Source: a phage. From it: a DNA stretch of 64,000 nt. Within the stretch, counting starts at the first letter, position 1, and the number at the start of each line of letters is the position of its first letter. The DNA lies in sequence record PZ019086.1. The stretch is one strand, 5' to 3'. The notes beneath the pieces were generated by a model, which was not told the origin of the DNA, did no database searches, and saw nothing but the letters and a program-made list of their open reading frames with translations. Shown here piece by piece: positions 37,671 through 47,341 of this stretch. A program made the position numbers and the translations under genes.

Positions 37671-38121
37671 AATCCACCACTATTAAATCAATATCAGGAG
37701 TAAACATGTCGATTAATTTAGAAACCTTATCCCAATCACCGCCAGCAATACCACAACCTATGCGTGGAATGTAAATTACTGGTTTAAACAAAAGGGTCTC
37801 TGCCTGTAGATTTAATTCTATCATGCAGTTTACTAAAGCACCATAATCAAGATTAGGACCCGGTTCGTATTGCGTATACAGGTTATAGCATATACCAAAT
37901 CCTGTAGGATTATGTTTAAAAACAATAGACATATCGCCTAATTTATCACGAGAACCGTACTCAGTAGTGGTTTTATCTATTTCTAAAATTTTGGGATAGG
38001 CTCTTGCTAATTGACCTGCTACGCCAGAGCCCATTGTGTGAAAACAGTTGCACCCGTGCGCAATAATATTACCTTGAAGAAATAGGGCGACAATATCGCC
38101 CTTGATATATTTTACAATCAT
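37642..38121 (-). CDS. Macro-domain protein (ADP-ribose binding/processing)
   Basis: 159 aa; motifs IAHGCNCFHTMGSGVAGQLARAYP and PRIGCGIAGGDWDKV resemble macro-domain glycine-rich loops. Confidence 0.65.
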   Translation of the reverse strand: MIVKYIKGDIVALFLQGNIIAHGCNCFHTMGSGVAGQLARAYPKILEIDKTTTEYGSRDKLGDMSIVFKHNPTGFGICYNLYTQYEPGPNLDYGALVNCMIELNLQAETLLFKPVIYIPRIGCGIAGGDWDKVSKLIDMFTPDIDLIVVDYESTLPASV

Positions 38122-38465
38122 CTAGTACTCAATCCTCGATTATAAGAATCTACCAAACGGTCAACCATTGAATGACAAGCGGCTTTATCTTTCTCCTCCG
38201 CAACTGAACATTCTAAGGTATTCCACTTTTTAGCATATCGTTTTAATAATGTATCGTTTTTGTATCTGCTTGATTTATCTCTTTCTCCGTCTTTATATGC
38301 ATATATTAATTTCTGCGCAAATTCAGCTTGGCATGCTTTATTTTTCCCACAATAATCCGCGGCAGTACGGTTTACATATTCTCTAATTTCAGTATATGAT
38401 GTATCTGCTGACGCAGAAGCAGAAAATGAAATTAATCCTACACATAAAACCAAAATTTTAGTCAT
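38118..38465 (-). CDS. vs: Valyl-tRNA synthetase modifier (secreted small protein)
   Basis: 115 aa with signal peptide; length and position as T4 vs. Confidence 0.65.
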   Translation of the reverse strand: MTKILVLCVGLISFSASASADTSYTEIREYVNRTAADYCGKNKACQAEFAQKLIYAYKDGERDKSSRYKNDTLLKRYAKKWNTLECSVAEEKDKAACHSMVDRLVDSYNRGLSTR

Positions 38466-39003
38466 TTACTATTTCCAACAGTTTATTATTTTTAAGGTAG
38501 TTAGCCTTTTCTAGGACTTCAGAAGCATATTTAGAACCTGCTTTAACATTCCATCCCGAATTATAAGAGGATATTGCTTTTCTTATATCGCCCTTATGTA
38601 TATTTAACCAATAAGAAAGTTCAATGTATGCCCAGGAAGCTGAATTGGACCGTTTATTCAACATTCTTTTTATTTCAGCATCAGTCATATTATAACCAAG
38701 TTCCTTAACTCTTGCTCGCATGGTTGGCAAATAATTTTGGAACATTCCGTAGGCGTGATGCTTTGGTTTAGATTTTAAATTAACTCCGGCAGAGCTTTCT
38801 TGCCATAAAATAGCAGCCATTATATGACCCAATCCGCTCTTGTGGATATTTTTGTGTGTTTTATATTTTCCATCCTTAGAAAATTGTTCCCCGAATTGAT
38901 ATGCGTAGCGCATGTTATCGAGTTGGACATTACTGAAAGTATGCTCGGAGCTATGTGCCATCATTGAAATGGCCAATAGACCAGCGAGTAGTGCTTTTCT
39001 CAT
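38458..39003 (-). CDS. Soluble lytic transglycosylase-like protein (vs.1)
   Basis: 181 aa; signal peptide; SLT motif ILWQESSAG...YGMFQ. Confidence 0.7.
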   Translation of the reverse strand: MRKALLAGLLAISMMAHSSEHTFSNVQLDNMRYAYQFGEQFSKDGKYKTHKNIHKSGLGHIMAAILWQESSAGVNLKSKPKHHAYGMFQNYLPTMRARVKELGYNMTDAEIKRMLNKRSNSASWAYIELSYWLNIHKGDIRKAISSYNSGWNVKAGSKYASEVLEKANYLKNNKLLEIVND

Positions 39004-39010
39004 GCTTACC

Positions 39011-39472
39011 TCATTGAGTTTTAATTACTGCTTTAGAAGCCTTTCCTGGTAAACGACGACTGTTGATAATTGCCATCCTGCACTGAAGTGACGGGTCTTT
39101 GAACTTCGCATTAGGTTTACAAACTGTAAATCCAAGCCAAAGATTTCCATCTGTGATTTCTAAACGTCCAGGACGGTATTCAACTCCATCAATAAAATCC
39201 TCGTCAATGTCAGGACGCGGAGGCATACTCAGGAATTCATTAACTTCTAAAACATGGTCTTTTATTTTATGGAATAATTCAAAAACATATGTCTCATCAA
39301 TCTCCCGTTGAATTGCGCGATCAAGAAGATGTTGAGAATATTTTAGATGAAACGATGAGACCCCTGCTGCTTTTGATGCCTCACGAATCTCATTGTTAAT
39401 TTGACGAAACTCCGACTCAAAGTGACGACGGAGCTTATTTCGACGGATAAAAACTTCTGTGTTGATAGTCAT
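39011..39472 (-). CDS. regB: Endoribonuclease RegB
   Basis: 153 aa, same as T4 RegB; position after vs.1. Confidence 0.8.
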   Translation of the reverse strand: MTINTEVFIRRNKLRRHFESEFRQINNEIREASKAAGVSSFHLKYSQHLLDRAIQREIDETYVFELFHKIKDHVLEVNEFLSMPPRPDIDEDFIDGVEYRPGRLEITDGNLWLGFTVCKPNAKFKDPSLQCRMAIINSRRLPGKASKAVIKTQ

Positions 39473-39531
39473 GTTATTCTCCTCTTAACTGATAGAAAAA
39501 TTATACCACAGTCAAGAGGAAAAGTAAACAG

Positions 39532-39810
39532 TTATTCTTTAAATCTAATCAATTTATTCATAGACTTTGTAACTTCTGCACGAACCTCATGTAGGTTTTT
39601 AAGCTGTTCAAGACGCTGCTCATAGTAAGCAATTTCATCTTCTTCGAGACAGTCCTGCGAATCTTCTTTAAGATAACGTGCATAGTCCTGGAAAGCTTTA
39701 CGGACTACTTCCCGGAAGTCATCAAGACTTTGAATTTTCTTAGGAGCAACAGATACACGACGAGGGGCAGTATAATACTCATAACCAAACCCTGCGCTTA
39801 ATTGAGCCAT
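39532..39810 (-). CDS. Hypothetical protein (vs.3 position)
   Basis: Start set to ATG at 39810 ([13 protein letters not shown]...). Confidence 0.5.
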   Translation of the reverse strand: MAQLSAGFGYEYYTAPRRVSVAPKKIQSLDDFREVVRKAFQDYARYLKEDSQDCLEEDEIAYYEQRLEQLKNLHEVRAEVTKSMNKLIRFKE

Positions 39811-40076
39811 TAATATTTTTCCTCTGGTTGGAACACAGCACGACAAGCCCACATACTGGCTTCTTTGAGTTTCGTTTTAGCAATAGTTAACTGATCAAGA
39901 CTTTCAGCATAATTCTTCGCGAATTCACAGTCTTCACAATTATCTAGTGCTTCCCAGAATTCATCGTATAAAGCGTCAAAGATAAGTCCTAAACGAACTT
40001 CAGCGTCTTTGATAGCATTCACTTTACCGATTTTCTCTTCAGTATGTGGTTTATAACCCTTAATATCTTCAATCAT
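39810..40076 (-). CDS. Small acidic protein at the vs.4 position (candidate Acb2-like cyclic-oligonucleotide sponge)
   Basis: Start set to ATG at 40076 ([18 protein letters not shown]..., 88 aa); Acb2 assignment by synteny with T4 vs.4 only. Confidence 0.45.
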   Translation of the reverse strand: MIEDIKGYKPHTEEKIGKVNAIKDAEVRLGLIFDALYDEFWEALDNCEDCEFAKNYAESLDQLTIAKTKLKEASMWACRAVFQPEEKY

Positions 40077-40290
40077 ATTTGACTTCCTCGCCAGTACCCA
40101 AATCATATTCAACTAAACGAATAGGTTCATGAATGCCATATCCCTGAACAGAAATTTCTGTCGTAGGATAAATTCCATCAATATCACCCATATTCCAGGC
40201 TTCATTAAATTGCTGTTCGCCTGAATTACTAAACCACTCGGCGAAAGCATTTAGCACATCTTCAGAACCTTCAATAATTATCTTTGCCAT
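40069..40290 (-). CDS. Hypothetical small acidic protein (vs.5)
   Basis: 73 aa; TAATG coupling. Confidence 0.5.
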   Translation of the reverse strand: MAKIIIEGSEDVLNAFAEWFSNSGEQQFNEAWNMGDIDGIYPTTEISVQGYGIHEPIRLVEYDLGTGEEVKYD

Positions 40291-40652
40291 TACAAACTTT
40301 CAGTAAAGGTACGAGCGATAACGTCGCGCTGCTGTTCCGGAGTCAGAGAGTTAAAGCGAACTGCATAACCGGATACACGGATGGTCAGCTGCGGATATTT
40401 TTCCGGATGCTTAACTGCATCTTCCAGAGTTTCACGACGCAGAACGTTAACGTTCAGGTGTTGACCACCTTCAATTTTAACTGTAGGTTGTGTTTCAATT
40501 TCAATTTCGCGGGCATGCAAACCGTAGAAAATTTCCGGGTCTACAAAAGAGTCCTCTTTAAAGGTTTTAGAAACGATAATTCGTGCTTGAATACCATCTT
40601 CAAAATAAATAGTACCTTTATGTGTGCCTTCAAGAATTTGATATGCTTTCAT
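40290..40652 (-). CDS. Glycyl-radical spare-part protein (GrcA/YfiD-like)
   Basis: 120 aa; C-terminal glycine radical signature [11 protein letters not shown]. Confidence 0.7.
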   Translation of the reverse strand: MKAYQILEGTHKGTIYFEDGIQARIIVSKTFKEDSFVDPEIFYGLHAREIEIETQPTVKIEGGQHLNVNVLRRETLEDAVKHPEKYPQLTIRVSGYAVRFNSLTPEQQRDVIARTFTESL

Positions 40653-40659
40653 ATAAACC

Positions 40660-40989
40660 TCAATTAGAAAATAAATTTATCCAGGATTGTTCTTTAATTA
40701 AAAACGGCTCAGAATCATATGCCATTAAACTTTGGGTAATTAATCCTTTAAAAGGTCCATCAATAAATTCCATGGTAAAATATGGAATTTTATTCATTAG
40801 CCGTGCATTAGGAGCAGTGCACAAAACTCTGCATCCTTTGAATACACCTTTTTGTAATTTGTATTGCTTGGGATAAAATTCGCTTAAAATGTTATTATTT
40901 GCTAAAATTTCAAAATGATTCACCAATTTATTTTTAATAGTTTTTGGCGAAAAATAAAGATATTCGAAAAGCTGAGTGTCTGTCATCAT
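40660..40989 (-). CDS. Hypothetical protein (vs.7 position)
   Basis: Start set to ATG at 40989 ([10 protein letters not shown]...). Confidence 0.5.
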   Translation of the reverse strand: MMTDTQLFEYLYFSPKTIKNKLVNHFEILANNNILSEFYPKQYKLQKGVFKGCRVLCTAPNARLMNKIPYFTMEFIDGPFKGLITQSLMAYDSEPFLIKEQSWINLFSN

Positions 40990-41525
40990 TGCATTCCGAT
41001 TACGAAAAACTGTGGACGAGTAATACCACCAATGCAACAGTTAATATTACAGCAGTGGTGTACAGTGTCAATATGGACACTATAAATCTTATCCATATCA
41101 GGAGATTTGACAGGCTCATCAATTATATATAAAATTCGCGAAAGCGATAAACCTCTGAACTTGCTTCCTTTATTACCAATAAAACTGCGCACAGAATCAG
41201 TAAATAAACGAAAACGTATATCATCATTAGAATAACGCGAAAATTCCTTTTTAATGTTATTTGCAGAAATTTTAGCGTAAGCTGAAGTATTAGAAAGAAC
41301 AATAACTGTTCCGCCATCATATAACCAATTAGCAGCAAAGTTAGTCACAGCAATTGATTTACCGGATTGACGTCCACCATCTATACGAAGTGTGCAATAC
41401 TGTTTAAGTAAGTCTTCAAATGGTGGGATATAATCGTTTTTACAAATTTCTTCTACTCTAGCATCAGAATGGTGTGTAAAAGCATTCATCAGGGATAGAT
41501 AAGGACCAGTTAAAAATGTTCTCAT
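40986..41525 (-). CDS. P-loop NTPase-like protein (vs.8 position)
   Basis: Start set to ATG at 41525; Walker A-like RIDGGRQSGKS and hydrophobic strand then DEP. Confidence 0.55.
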   Translation of the reverse strand: MRTFLTGPYLSLMNAFTHHSDARVEEICKNDYIPPFEDLLKQYCTLRIDGGRQSGKSIAVTNFAANWLYDGGTVIVLSNTSAYAKISANNIKKEFSRYSNDDIRFRLFTDSVRSFIGNKGSKFRGLSLSRILYIIDEPVKSPDMDKIYSVHIDTVHHCCNINCCIGGITRPQFFVIGMQ

Positions 41526-41684
41526 TTTGTTCTCTCTAAGTTTGGGCCATTCCGTGGCGCATGAATTGTCCATTTCTGTATTTACCCATTACCGCACTTG
41601 GGCTCGACCTTATTACAGGTTGGCGGGAATCCCTCACAGAATCATGAGGTCCAGCTTGTTCCCATTTTATTTGAATGTAAATAG

Positions 41685-41702
41685 GCCTATACTTAGGCCT
41701 TA
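41685..41702 (-). terminator. Hairpin after ipIII
   Basis: aggcctatacttaggcct; approximate. Confidence 0.4.
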
Positions 41703-42281
41703 TTAATTACCACGGGCCGCATTAGCAACGGCGTAAGCATACTGAACATTAGCGTCTTTAAATGTACCTTTAGAGGTATCTATTTCTGCCTTAAAGCCGC
41801 CTTTAGCCATAACATCGGCGAATTCTTTACGGAAAGCCATTGCATCGAGACCTTTCCATGATGATTTATGCTTGGCAAATTCAAGACCTGCGAAGTTGAC
41901 AGCTTTAGCCAATTTATTATCAATGACCCATTTACCGGCTTTAGGCACAAACTTCGGGCCTTTTTGTTTAGAGAACAGTTTTAAATTCCAGCGACGAAGA
42001 TCACTGTCGGCTTTAACAAAAGCTGCGTCTAAGTTACTAGCAACAACATCTTCAATATGAGCAAATTTAAGTCCGTCAACTTCAATATTTAAATCGGTAC
42101 GCCAGCGAAGTCCTTCCCAAGCGAAAGCTTTAAAATCGGAAGCTTTTGTAGCTAAGTATCGTTCAATAGGGGCTGTTTTAGGGTCAAAGCCGTTTCCACC
42201 ACGATAGTTCCACTCGTCCTTATTAATGCCTTTGGCCTTTACTACAGAAGCTTCAGCAATAAATTCTTGATACGTTTTCAT
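41703..42281 (-). CDS. ipIII: Internal protein III (capsid-targeted)
   Basis: 192 aa; N-terminal capsid targeting sequence MKTYQEFIAEA. Confidence 0.85.
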   Translation of the reverse strand: MKTYQEFIAEASVVKAKGINKDEWNYRGGNGFDPKTAPIERYLATKASDFKAFAWEGLRWRTDLNIEVDGLKFAHIEDVVASNLDAAFVKADSDLRRWNLKLFSKQKGPKFVPKAGKWVIDNKLAKAVNFAGLEFAKHKSSWKGLDAMAFRKEFADVMAKGGFKAEIDTSKGTFKDANVQYAYAVANAARGN

Positions 42282-42307
42282 TTTTGTTCCTATTGTTTTA
42301 ATTCATG

Positions 42308-42622
42308 TTATTCTTTAGGGAAGTTTTTAGAGTATGCGTCATAAAGTTTATTACCAATACGACGGAAGACTCTAGCTGCAAAACGGTTTTCAGGGTTTTT
42401 AATCATGATTTGCATCATGTAAGTTCCTGCATCCGAAAGAGCTTCTTCATAGTACCCATTAATTTCTTTAAGAGTCCTACGTTTACCACCAGGACCATCA
42501 ACAGTAATTTTCCATTTACCTGTAGAAGTGCGGCTCGGTGGCTCAACTTGTTCAATCCAAATATAACCACCTTCAACGCGTTGGTTGGCGGATTCTGCAA
42601 TAAATTCTTTATATGTTTTCAT
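42308..42622 (-). CDS. ipII: Internal protein II-like (capsid-targeted)
   Basis: 104 aa; N-terminal MKTYKEFIAES. Confidence 0.75.
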   Translation of the reverse strand: MKTYKEFIAESANQRVEGGYIWIEQVEPPSRTSTGKWKITVDGPGGKRRTLKEINGYYEEALSDAGTYMMQIMIKNPENRFAARVFRRIGNKLYDAYSKNFPKE

Positions 42623-42649
42623 TTTTGTTTCCTTATTTGTTTTGATAGA

Positions 42650-42684
42650 GTAATTATACCATATTAATACTTAAGCGTAAACTG
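42650..42684 (-). promoter_or_regulatory. T4-type early promoter (extended -10 TGGTATAAT)
   Basis: Plus strand agtaattatacca...cgtaaac; approximate. Confidence 0.55.
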
Positions 42685-42685
42685 T

Positions 42686-42946
42686 TTAAGCTTTACCGCC
42701 AGAAATAATTCCGAAGGTGTTAAAATCATATCCAATATCGTCAACATCTACTTTAGGGCTTGCTACAACGTAAGCAATTTCACTACGTTTTGCATAGGTG
42801 TTTATTTCTCTACCATCGCCGCCTAGGAAAGAATACCCATTACGTTTTAATGAGCCAAAATCTTCGGCATCACCAACGAAAGCTTTAACTTTAAATTTGG
42901 GGCCTTTGACATCTGCTTCAGCGATAAATTCTTGATACATTTTCAT
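42686..42946 (-). CDS. Additional internal-protein-like small protein with capsid targeting sequence
   Basis: Start at in-frame ATG 42946 (MKMYQEFIAEADVKG...) with GGAGGAAAA RBS. Confidence 0.65.
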   Translation of the reverse strand: MKMYQEFIAEADVKGPKFKVKAFVGDAEDFGSLKRNGYSFLGGDGREINTYAKRSEIAYVVASPKVDVDDIGYDFNTFGIISGGKA

Positions 42947-42967
42947 TTTTCCTCCAAGTAGTTGATG

Positions 42968-43004
42968 AATGTATAGTATCAAAGTCCTTGGAGGAAGTAA
43001 ACAC
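42968..43004 (-). promoter_or_regulatory. T4-type early promoter
   Basis: Plus strand tgtatagtatca...agtaaac; approximate. Confidence 0.55.
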
Positions 43005-43285
43005 TATTTTTCTGAAGCGCCTGAAATATATTTTTCAAGACGTTGTTTCATTAGCGAGCCGTTCTTAGCGATTTCTTCCGGTTTATCGCACATACGCAAC
43101 AAGGCTTCAAGCTTAACGATATCGCTGGTACGTTCAAATTTGCGAGTATCTATCTTACTAGCAAGTTCAGAAATACGTGCTAATAGACTTTCAGCTTCAA
43201 CCAAAGCTGCACCTAGCTTAGTTGCAAATGTGTCGGTAGCTTCGTTAAGAATAGATTCCGATAAAAATTCACTATATGTTTTCAT
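43004..43285 (-). CDS. Additional internal-protein-like small protein with capsid targeting sequence
   Basis: 93 aa; N-terminal MKTYSEFLSES. Confidence 0.65.
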   Translation of the reverse strand: MKTYSEFLSESILNEATDTFATKLGAALVEAESLLARISELASKIDTRKFERTSDIVKLEALLRMCDKPEEIAKNGSLMKQRLEKYISGASEK

Positions 43286-43295
43286 ATATACGCTT

Positions 43296-43820
<525 letters not shown>

Positions 43821-44276
43821 TTAAAAGAGGTTGTTCATTATTCGGTAAAGTGAAGGACCCATCACATATTGCCACTGAGTACGAGGAATAAGAGCAAAAG
43901 CGTCCATCTCTGGAATCATAACACCATCTTTATTTTCAAAATAAGACTCGCAATGGCAATTTCTAAACATCTCATGCTCTACTGGAATCGTATAATAAAA
44001 CAGCTGTAAGTCTTTATTACTAGAATATTTAAATACACCTAGGTCTTCTAGAAGGTCTGGATTATAATTGCTAAAACCAGTCTCTTCTAAACATTCTCTT
44101 CGTGCTGCATCTAGTGCGCTTAAATCAGAACTTTCTACACGCCCCTTTGGAATATCCCAGCGATGTGCCATCATTCCAGGCTTACGAGAACCAGTAACTC
44201 GTCCCATAAATAAATCTTTATCTTCTGTCATAAAGATAATACCAGCTGATAGTGTTTTCATTTTAATTTCCTGCAT
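43821..44276 (-). CDS. nudE: Nudix hydrolase (e.1, NudE-like)
   Basis: 151 aa; Nudix box GRVESSDLSALDAARRECLEETGF. Confidence 0.8.
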   Translation of the reverse strand: MQEIKMKTLSAGIIFMTEDKDLFMGRVTGSRKPGMMAHRWDIPKGRVESSDLSALDAARRECLEETGFSNYNPDLLEDLGVFKYSSNKDLQLFYYTIPVEHEMFRNCHCESYFENKDGVMIPEMDAFALIPRTQWQYVMGPSLYRIMNNLF

Positions 44277-44746
44277 TCAGTAATAAAGTTATTTAAATTT
44301 TGAGTATATTTCTTTTCATCAAAAATCTTTTGCTGCCTACGTAACCGCCATGGCATTTCAATGAACATGTACCATATTCCTGATAGTATTGCTGCTGTAA
44401 AAATATTAACAAGTATGGTTAAAAGAGCCCAATCTCCTATTCTGTCCATTGGATTTTTTATAAAAAAGTAAAACACAAACGATGATATAGGAAGACTAAT
44501 GATATACCACAGAATCATAATCTTATCTGTGAACCAATCAGCGTTAGTTAATTTAGCGCGACCGTTTCGAATACACACGAATTTATCATCTGTCGCAGTA
44601 GATGGCTTAACTGGTTGATATCCCATTCTAAACTCCCTAATTAATCGTTTCTTTGTATCTTCAGAACAGCCACTCCAGTCAACTCTATCGACTGAAATGC
44701 CATCGTCCCCATCATCTAAATCATACCAGCGAGTTTTTAAAATCAT
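44258..44746 (-). CDS. Membrane protein, member 1 of three tandem 2-TM paralogs
   Basis: 162 aa; two hydrophobic helices and basic tail ending CRKLK. Confidence 0.55.
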   Translation of the reverse strand: MILKTRWYDLDDGDDGISVDRVDWSGCSEDTKKRLIREFRMGYQPVKPSTATDDKFVCIRNGRAKLTNADWFTDKIMILWYIISLPISSFVFYFFIKNPMDRIGDWALLTILVNIFTAAILSGIWYMFIEMPWRLRRQQKIFDEKKYTQNLNNFITECRKLK

Positions 44747-45105
44747 TTGATTTTCCTACAATCACTCACAAACTCTTCCATTGATTCTTTTTCAATATAA
44801 GACATGTAGTTATTATATTCCTTTAATTGTATTTTGTAATCCTTTTTTCTTTGCCAATTTATTTTAAAATTATCATAATGAAAATATAACATGGTACCAA
44901 AGAATGAAAATAATGAAATCGCTATAGTATAACGAAGTTCACTCCAAACCTCTGTTATAATTACTGTGCCGTCGATGTTTAAAATAAAACAGTCAATTAG
45001 CAATCCAATAAGACTACCCGCAAGAGCTGCAAATACTGACACAGCAAGAATTAATAGCGCCTCGGGAAACGAATATTTGACTTTATTTAGTTTTGGCTTT
45101 TGCAT
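44743..45105 (-). CDS. Membrane protein, member 2 of three tandem 2-TM paralogs
   Basis: 120 aa; ends CRKIK. Confidence 0.55.
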   Translation of the reverse strand: MQKPKLNKVKYSFPEALLILAVSVFAALAGSLIGLLIDCFILNIDGTVIITEVWSELRYTIAISLFSFFGTMLYFHYDNFKINWQRKKDYKIQLKEYNNYMSYIEKESMEEFVSDCRKIK

Positions 45106-45479
45106 CGTGATTCCTTAACAAATTTCATAATTTCATTAAATTCATACATATTTAGTTTAAGCTGATGTTCCTTTTTAATCTTTTTGCATTGGGCTTTCCA
45201 TTCGCGTACGCGTTTACGATAATGTCTTCCTTGATACCAGTATCCTACCCAATTTACAGGTACTAATAAAAATGGAACTACAAATGGAAGAATTAATACG
45301 AACAGAAATATTACGCCAGATTCAATATCAGTCATAAAGTCTATAACCATTCCAGCAATCAATAGAATTACAAATGATATAGCTGTCACAGGACCTATTA
45401 ATATATCAGTAGGAATTAGCTGGCGCTTTAATTCATACTTCACAGGTTTACTTGGAAGGTATAGTGATGGCTTTGACAT
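45087..45479 (-). CDS. Membrane protein, member 3 of three tandem 2-TM paralogs
   Basis: Start set to ATG at 45479 with AGGAA RBS; C-terminal CKKIKKEH. Confidence 0.55.
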   Translation of the reverse strand: MSKPSLYLPSKPVKYELKRQLIPTDILIGPVTAISFVILLIAGMVIDFMTDIESGVIFLFVLILPFVVPFLLVPVNWVGYWYQGRHYRKRVREWKAQCKKIKKEHQLKLNMYEFNEIMKFVKESRCKSQN

Positions 45480-46056
45480 ATTCTCTACATTCCTTAACAA
45501 ATTTTTCTAATAATAAATCGCTTTCAAAATTAGGATTTTCCACGAATTTATCAAAAAGATCATCAACAATAGTCAAGATATTCTTTTTACTAAGAATACG
45601 TTTATTTTCATGTTTTGTTTCAGAATCAACTATAAGAGTAAAGAAATATTTCTTTCCCTGAAATTTTACCGTAGTATCAATATAGAACAAATTTGACTTT
45701 TGTAAATTACGTTTAAACCATGCGTCACTTAAACTATAAACGCCAAGATAATCATAATCGTCATTTAAATAACAAACTGTCCATTCAGGAGAAATGAAAT
45801 CAGTAAATTCAACATCAAAATCACATGTCAATGAATGAATTGATTCAATACTTTTAATGAGTATTCCAGGACGTATTAAAGACTTTTTACCTCTACAAAA
45901 TCTTCCAGAAAGGCTTTCATCAGTTTCATATGAAGACCCCCAATAATAATTACGTCCTTCTGCCATGCGTTTAAGAGCATTTAGTAATTGGTCTGGAACA
46001 TCAACTTGTCTTTGGAACTCTTCAAACATTGAATTGAAATCACTTTGCATTTTCAT
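45448..46056 (-). CDS. Hypothetical protein
   Basis: 202 aa; ATG start. Confidence 0.6.
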   Translation of the reverse strand: MKMQSDFNSMFEEFQRQVDVPDQLLNALKRMAEGRNYYWGSSYETDESLSGRFCRGKKSLIRPGILIKSIESIHSLTCDFDVEFTDFISPEWTVCYLNDDYDYLGVYSLSDAWFKRNLQKSNLFYIDTTVKFQGKKYFFTLIVDSETKHENKRILSKKNILTIVDDLFDKFVENPNFESDLLLEKFVKECREYVKAITIPSK

Positions 46057-46076
46057 TCCTATTTACTCCAAGTAAT

Positions 46077-46093
46077 AGGGGCCGAAGCCCCTT
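46077..46093 (-). terminator. UUCG-loop hairpin
   Basis: aggggccgaagcccct; approximate. Confidence 0.5.
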
Positions 46094-46097
46094 ATCA

Positions 46098-46691
46098 TTA
46101 TTTCAGAGAATTAATGTATTCCTGAACATCGGCAGAGGTAGTTTCAACCCCGGAAATATTACCGTTAAAGGTTTCAACTCGAGCAAGGGTATCTTCAATA
46201 TCAACCTTAGTCAGCGCTGCAATTTCAACTACATCATCTGCAGTACTAATTCCAAGGGCATTTGCTGCACGAGTTTCACGGATATATTCCAATTTAACTG
46301 CAAGTTCTTGACGAGCATCATCTAACTCAACTACTTTCTTGGCGATTTCAATTCGCATTTCAGCATAACCGTCAGCTTTAGTAGTCAACTGCTCAGCTGT
46401 TCGACGATATAGCAAGCCGAGTTTAGCGTGCATTGTTACATCTTGACCTTCAGAAAGAAGTTTACGAATTTCACGCTCTTTTGATTCGGCTTGTCGATTC
46501 TTTTCAATAACAAGTTCACGAATACGTTTTTCTTCATTAATAGATTTAACAGAAGCAGTTTTTAAGTCTTTAATCTTATCAAGTAGTTTTGCTGCTGCAG
46601 CAGTATACTGTTCTTCAACAGATAGATTTTTAGCCATAGCAGAACCAAGTTTAGTGCGAATAAACTCAACAATTTTCTTCAGTGTGTTCAT
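46098..46691 (-). CDS. Coiled-coil protein (possibly PspA/IM30-like)
   Basis: 197 aa, heptad-rich throughout; fold assignment is a guess. Confidence 0.55.
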   Translation of the reverse strand: MNTLKKIVEFIRTKLGSAMAKNLSVEEQYTAAAAKLLDKIKDLKTASVKSINEEKRIRELVIEKNRQAESKEREIRKLLSEGQDVTMHAKLGLLYRRTAEQLTTKADGYAEMRIEIAKKVVELDDARQELAVKLEYIRETRAANALGISTADDVVEIAALTKVDIEDTLARVETFNGNISGVETTSADVQEYINSLK

Positions 46692-46740
46692 AGTATTTCC
46701 TTAGGTTAATTGAGATTTAAAATCCGTGGGAGTATTATAC

Positions 46741-46911
46741 TCCAAAGAGTTTATAAACTATTTCGACATCGCCTTTTGCTGCTTTATAACCTTCAGCCCA
46801 AGATACAACCGAGTTTTTATCTGAAGATTCAAAGTCAGGCATTGGACTTTCACCAATATTCACACAATATGTTTCTTCATTTTCATCGAACCAAATAATT
46901 AAAGTAGTCAT
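46741..46911 (-). CDS. Small acidic protein (about 56 aa), not in ORF track
   Basis: ATG with GAGGAG RBS downstream of an early promoter; approximate. Confidence 0.4.
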
Positions 46912-46936
46912 TTTGTTTACTCCTCTGTGGTTGATA

Positions 46937-46972
46937 AGTCTATAGTATCACCATCCTTGGTGCTTGTACATC
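46937..46972 (-). promoter_or_regulatory. T4-type early promoter
   Basis: Minus-strand TGTACAAGCACCAAGGATGGTGATACTATAG; approximate. Confidence 0.5.
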
Positions 46973-46978
46973 ATTATT

Positions 46979-47311
46979 TTAATTTTTCCAACTTAACAAC
47001 TTGTAGTGTCCTTCATTAATACGTGGTTTATCCCAAGAAATACTAATATATGATTCACTGTCAATAGAAGTCGCCGGGTTTTTCTCTACCGTAAGACCTT
47101 CACTTTCCAGCCATTCAATAGTATTTGCGCATAAATCGGAAGAACACCTCATCGGAAACCGGCAAGATTTTTCACCTTTAGCTGCAGTGTTATACATCTT
47201 TTCCAAAATACGCTTTTGCACGTTTTTAAAAATAGTTTCAGCAGATTCTTCAGATTTTTTATTCAGTTCAGTATAAAGACTCATAACATTCTTCTCATTA
47301 ATAGGGCTCAT
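46979..47311 (-). CDS. Hypothetical protein
   Basis: 110 aa; ATG start. Confidence 0.55.
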   Translation of the reverse strand: MSPINEKNVMSLYTELNKKSEESAETIFKNVQKRILEKMYNTAAKGEKSCRFPMRCSSDLCANTIEWLESEGLTVEKNPATSIDSESYISISWDKPRINEGHYKLLSWKN

Positions 47312-47341
47312 AATATCTTAATCATGAGCCCATGTAAACAA

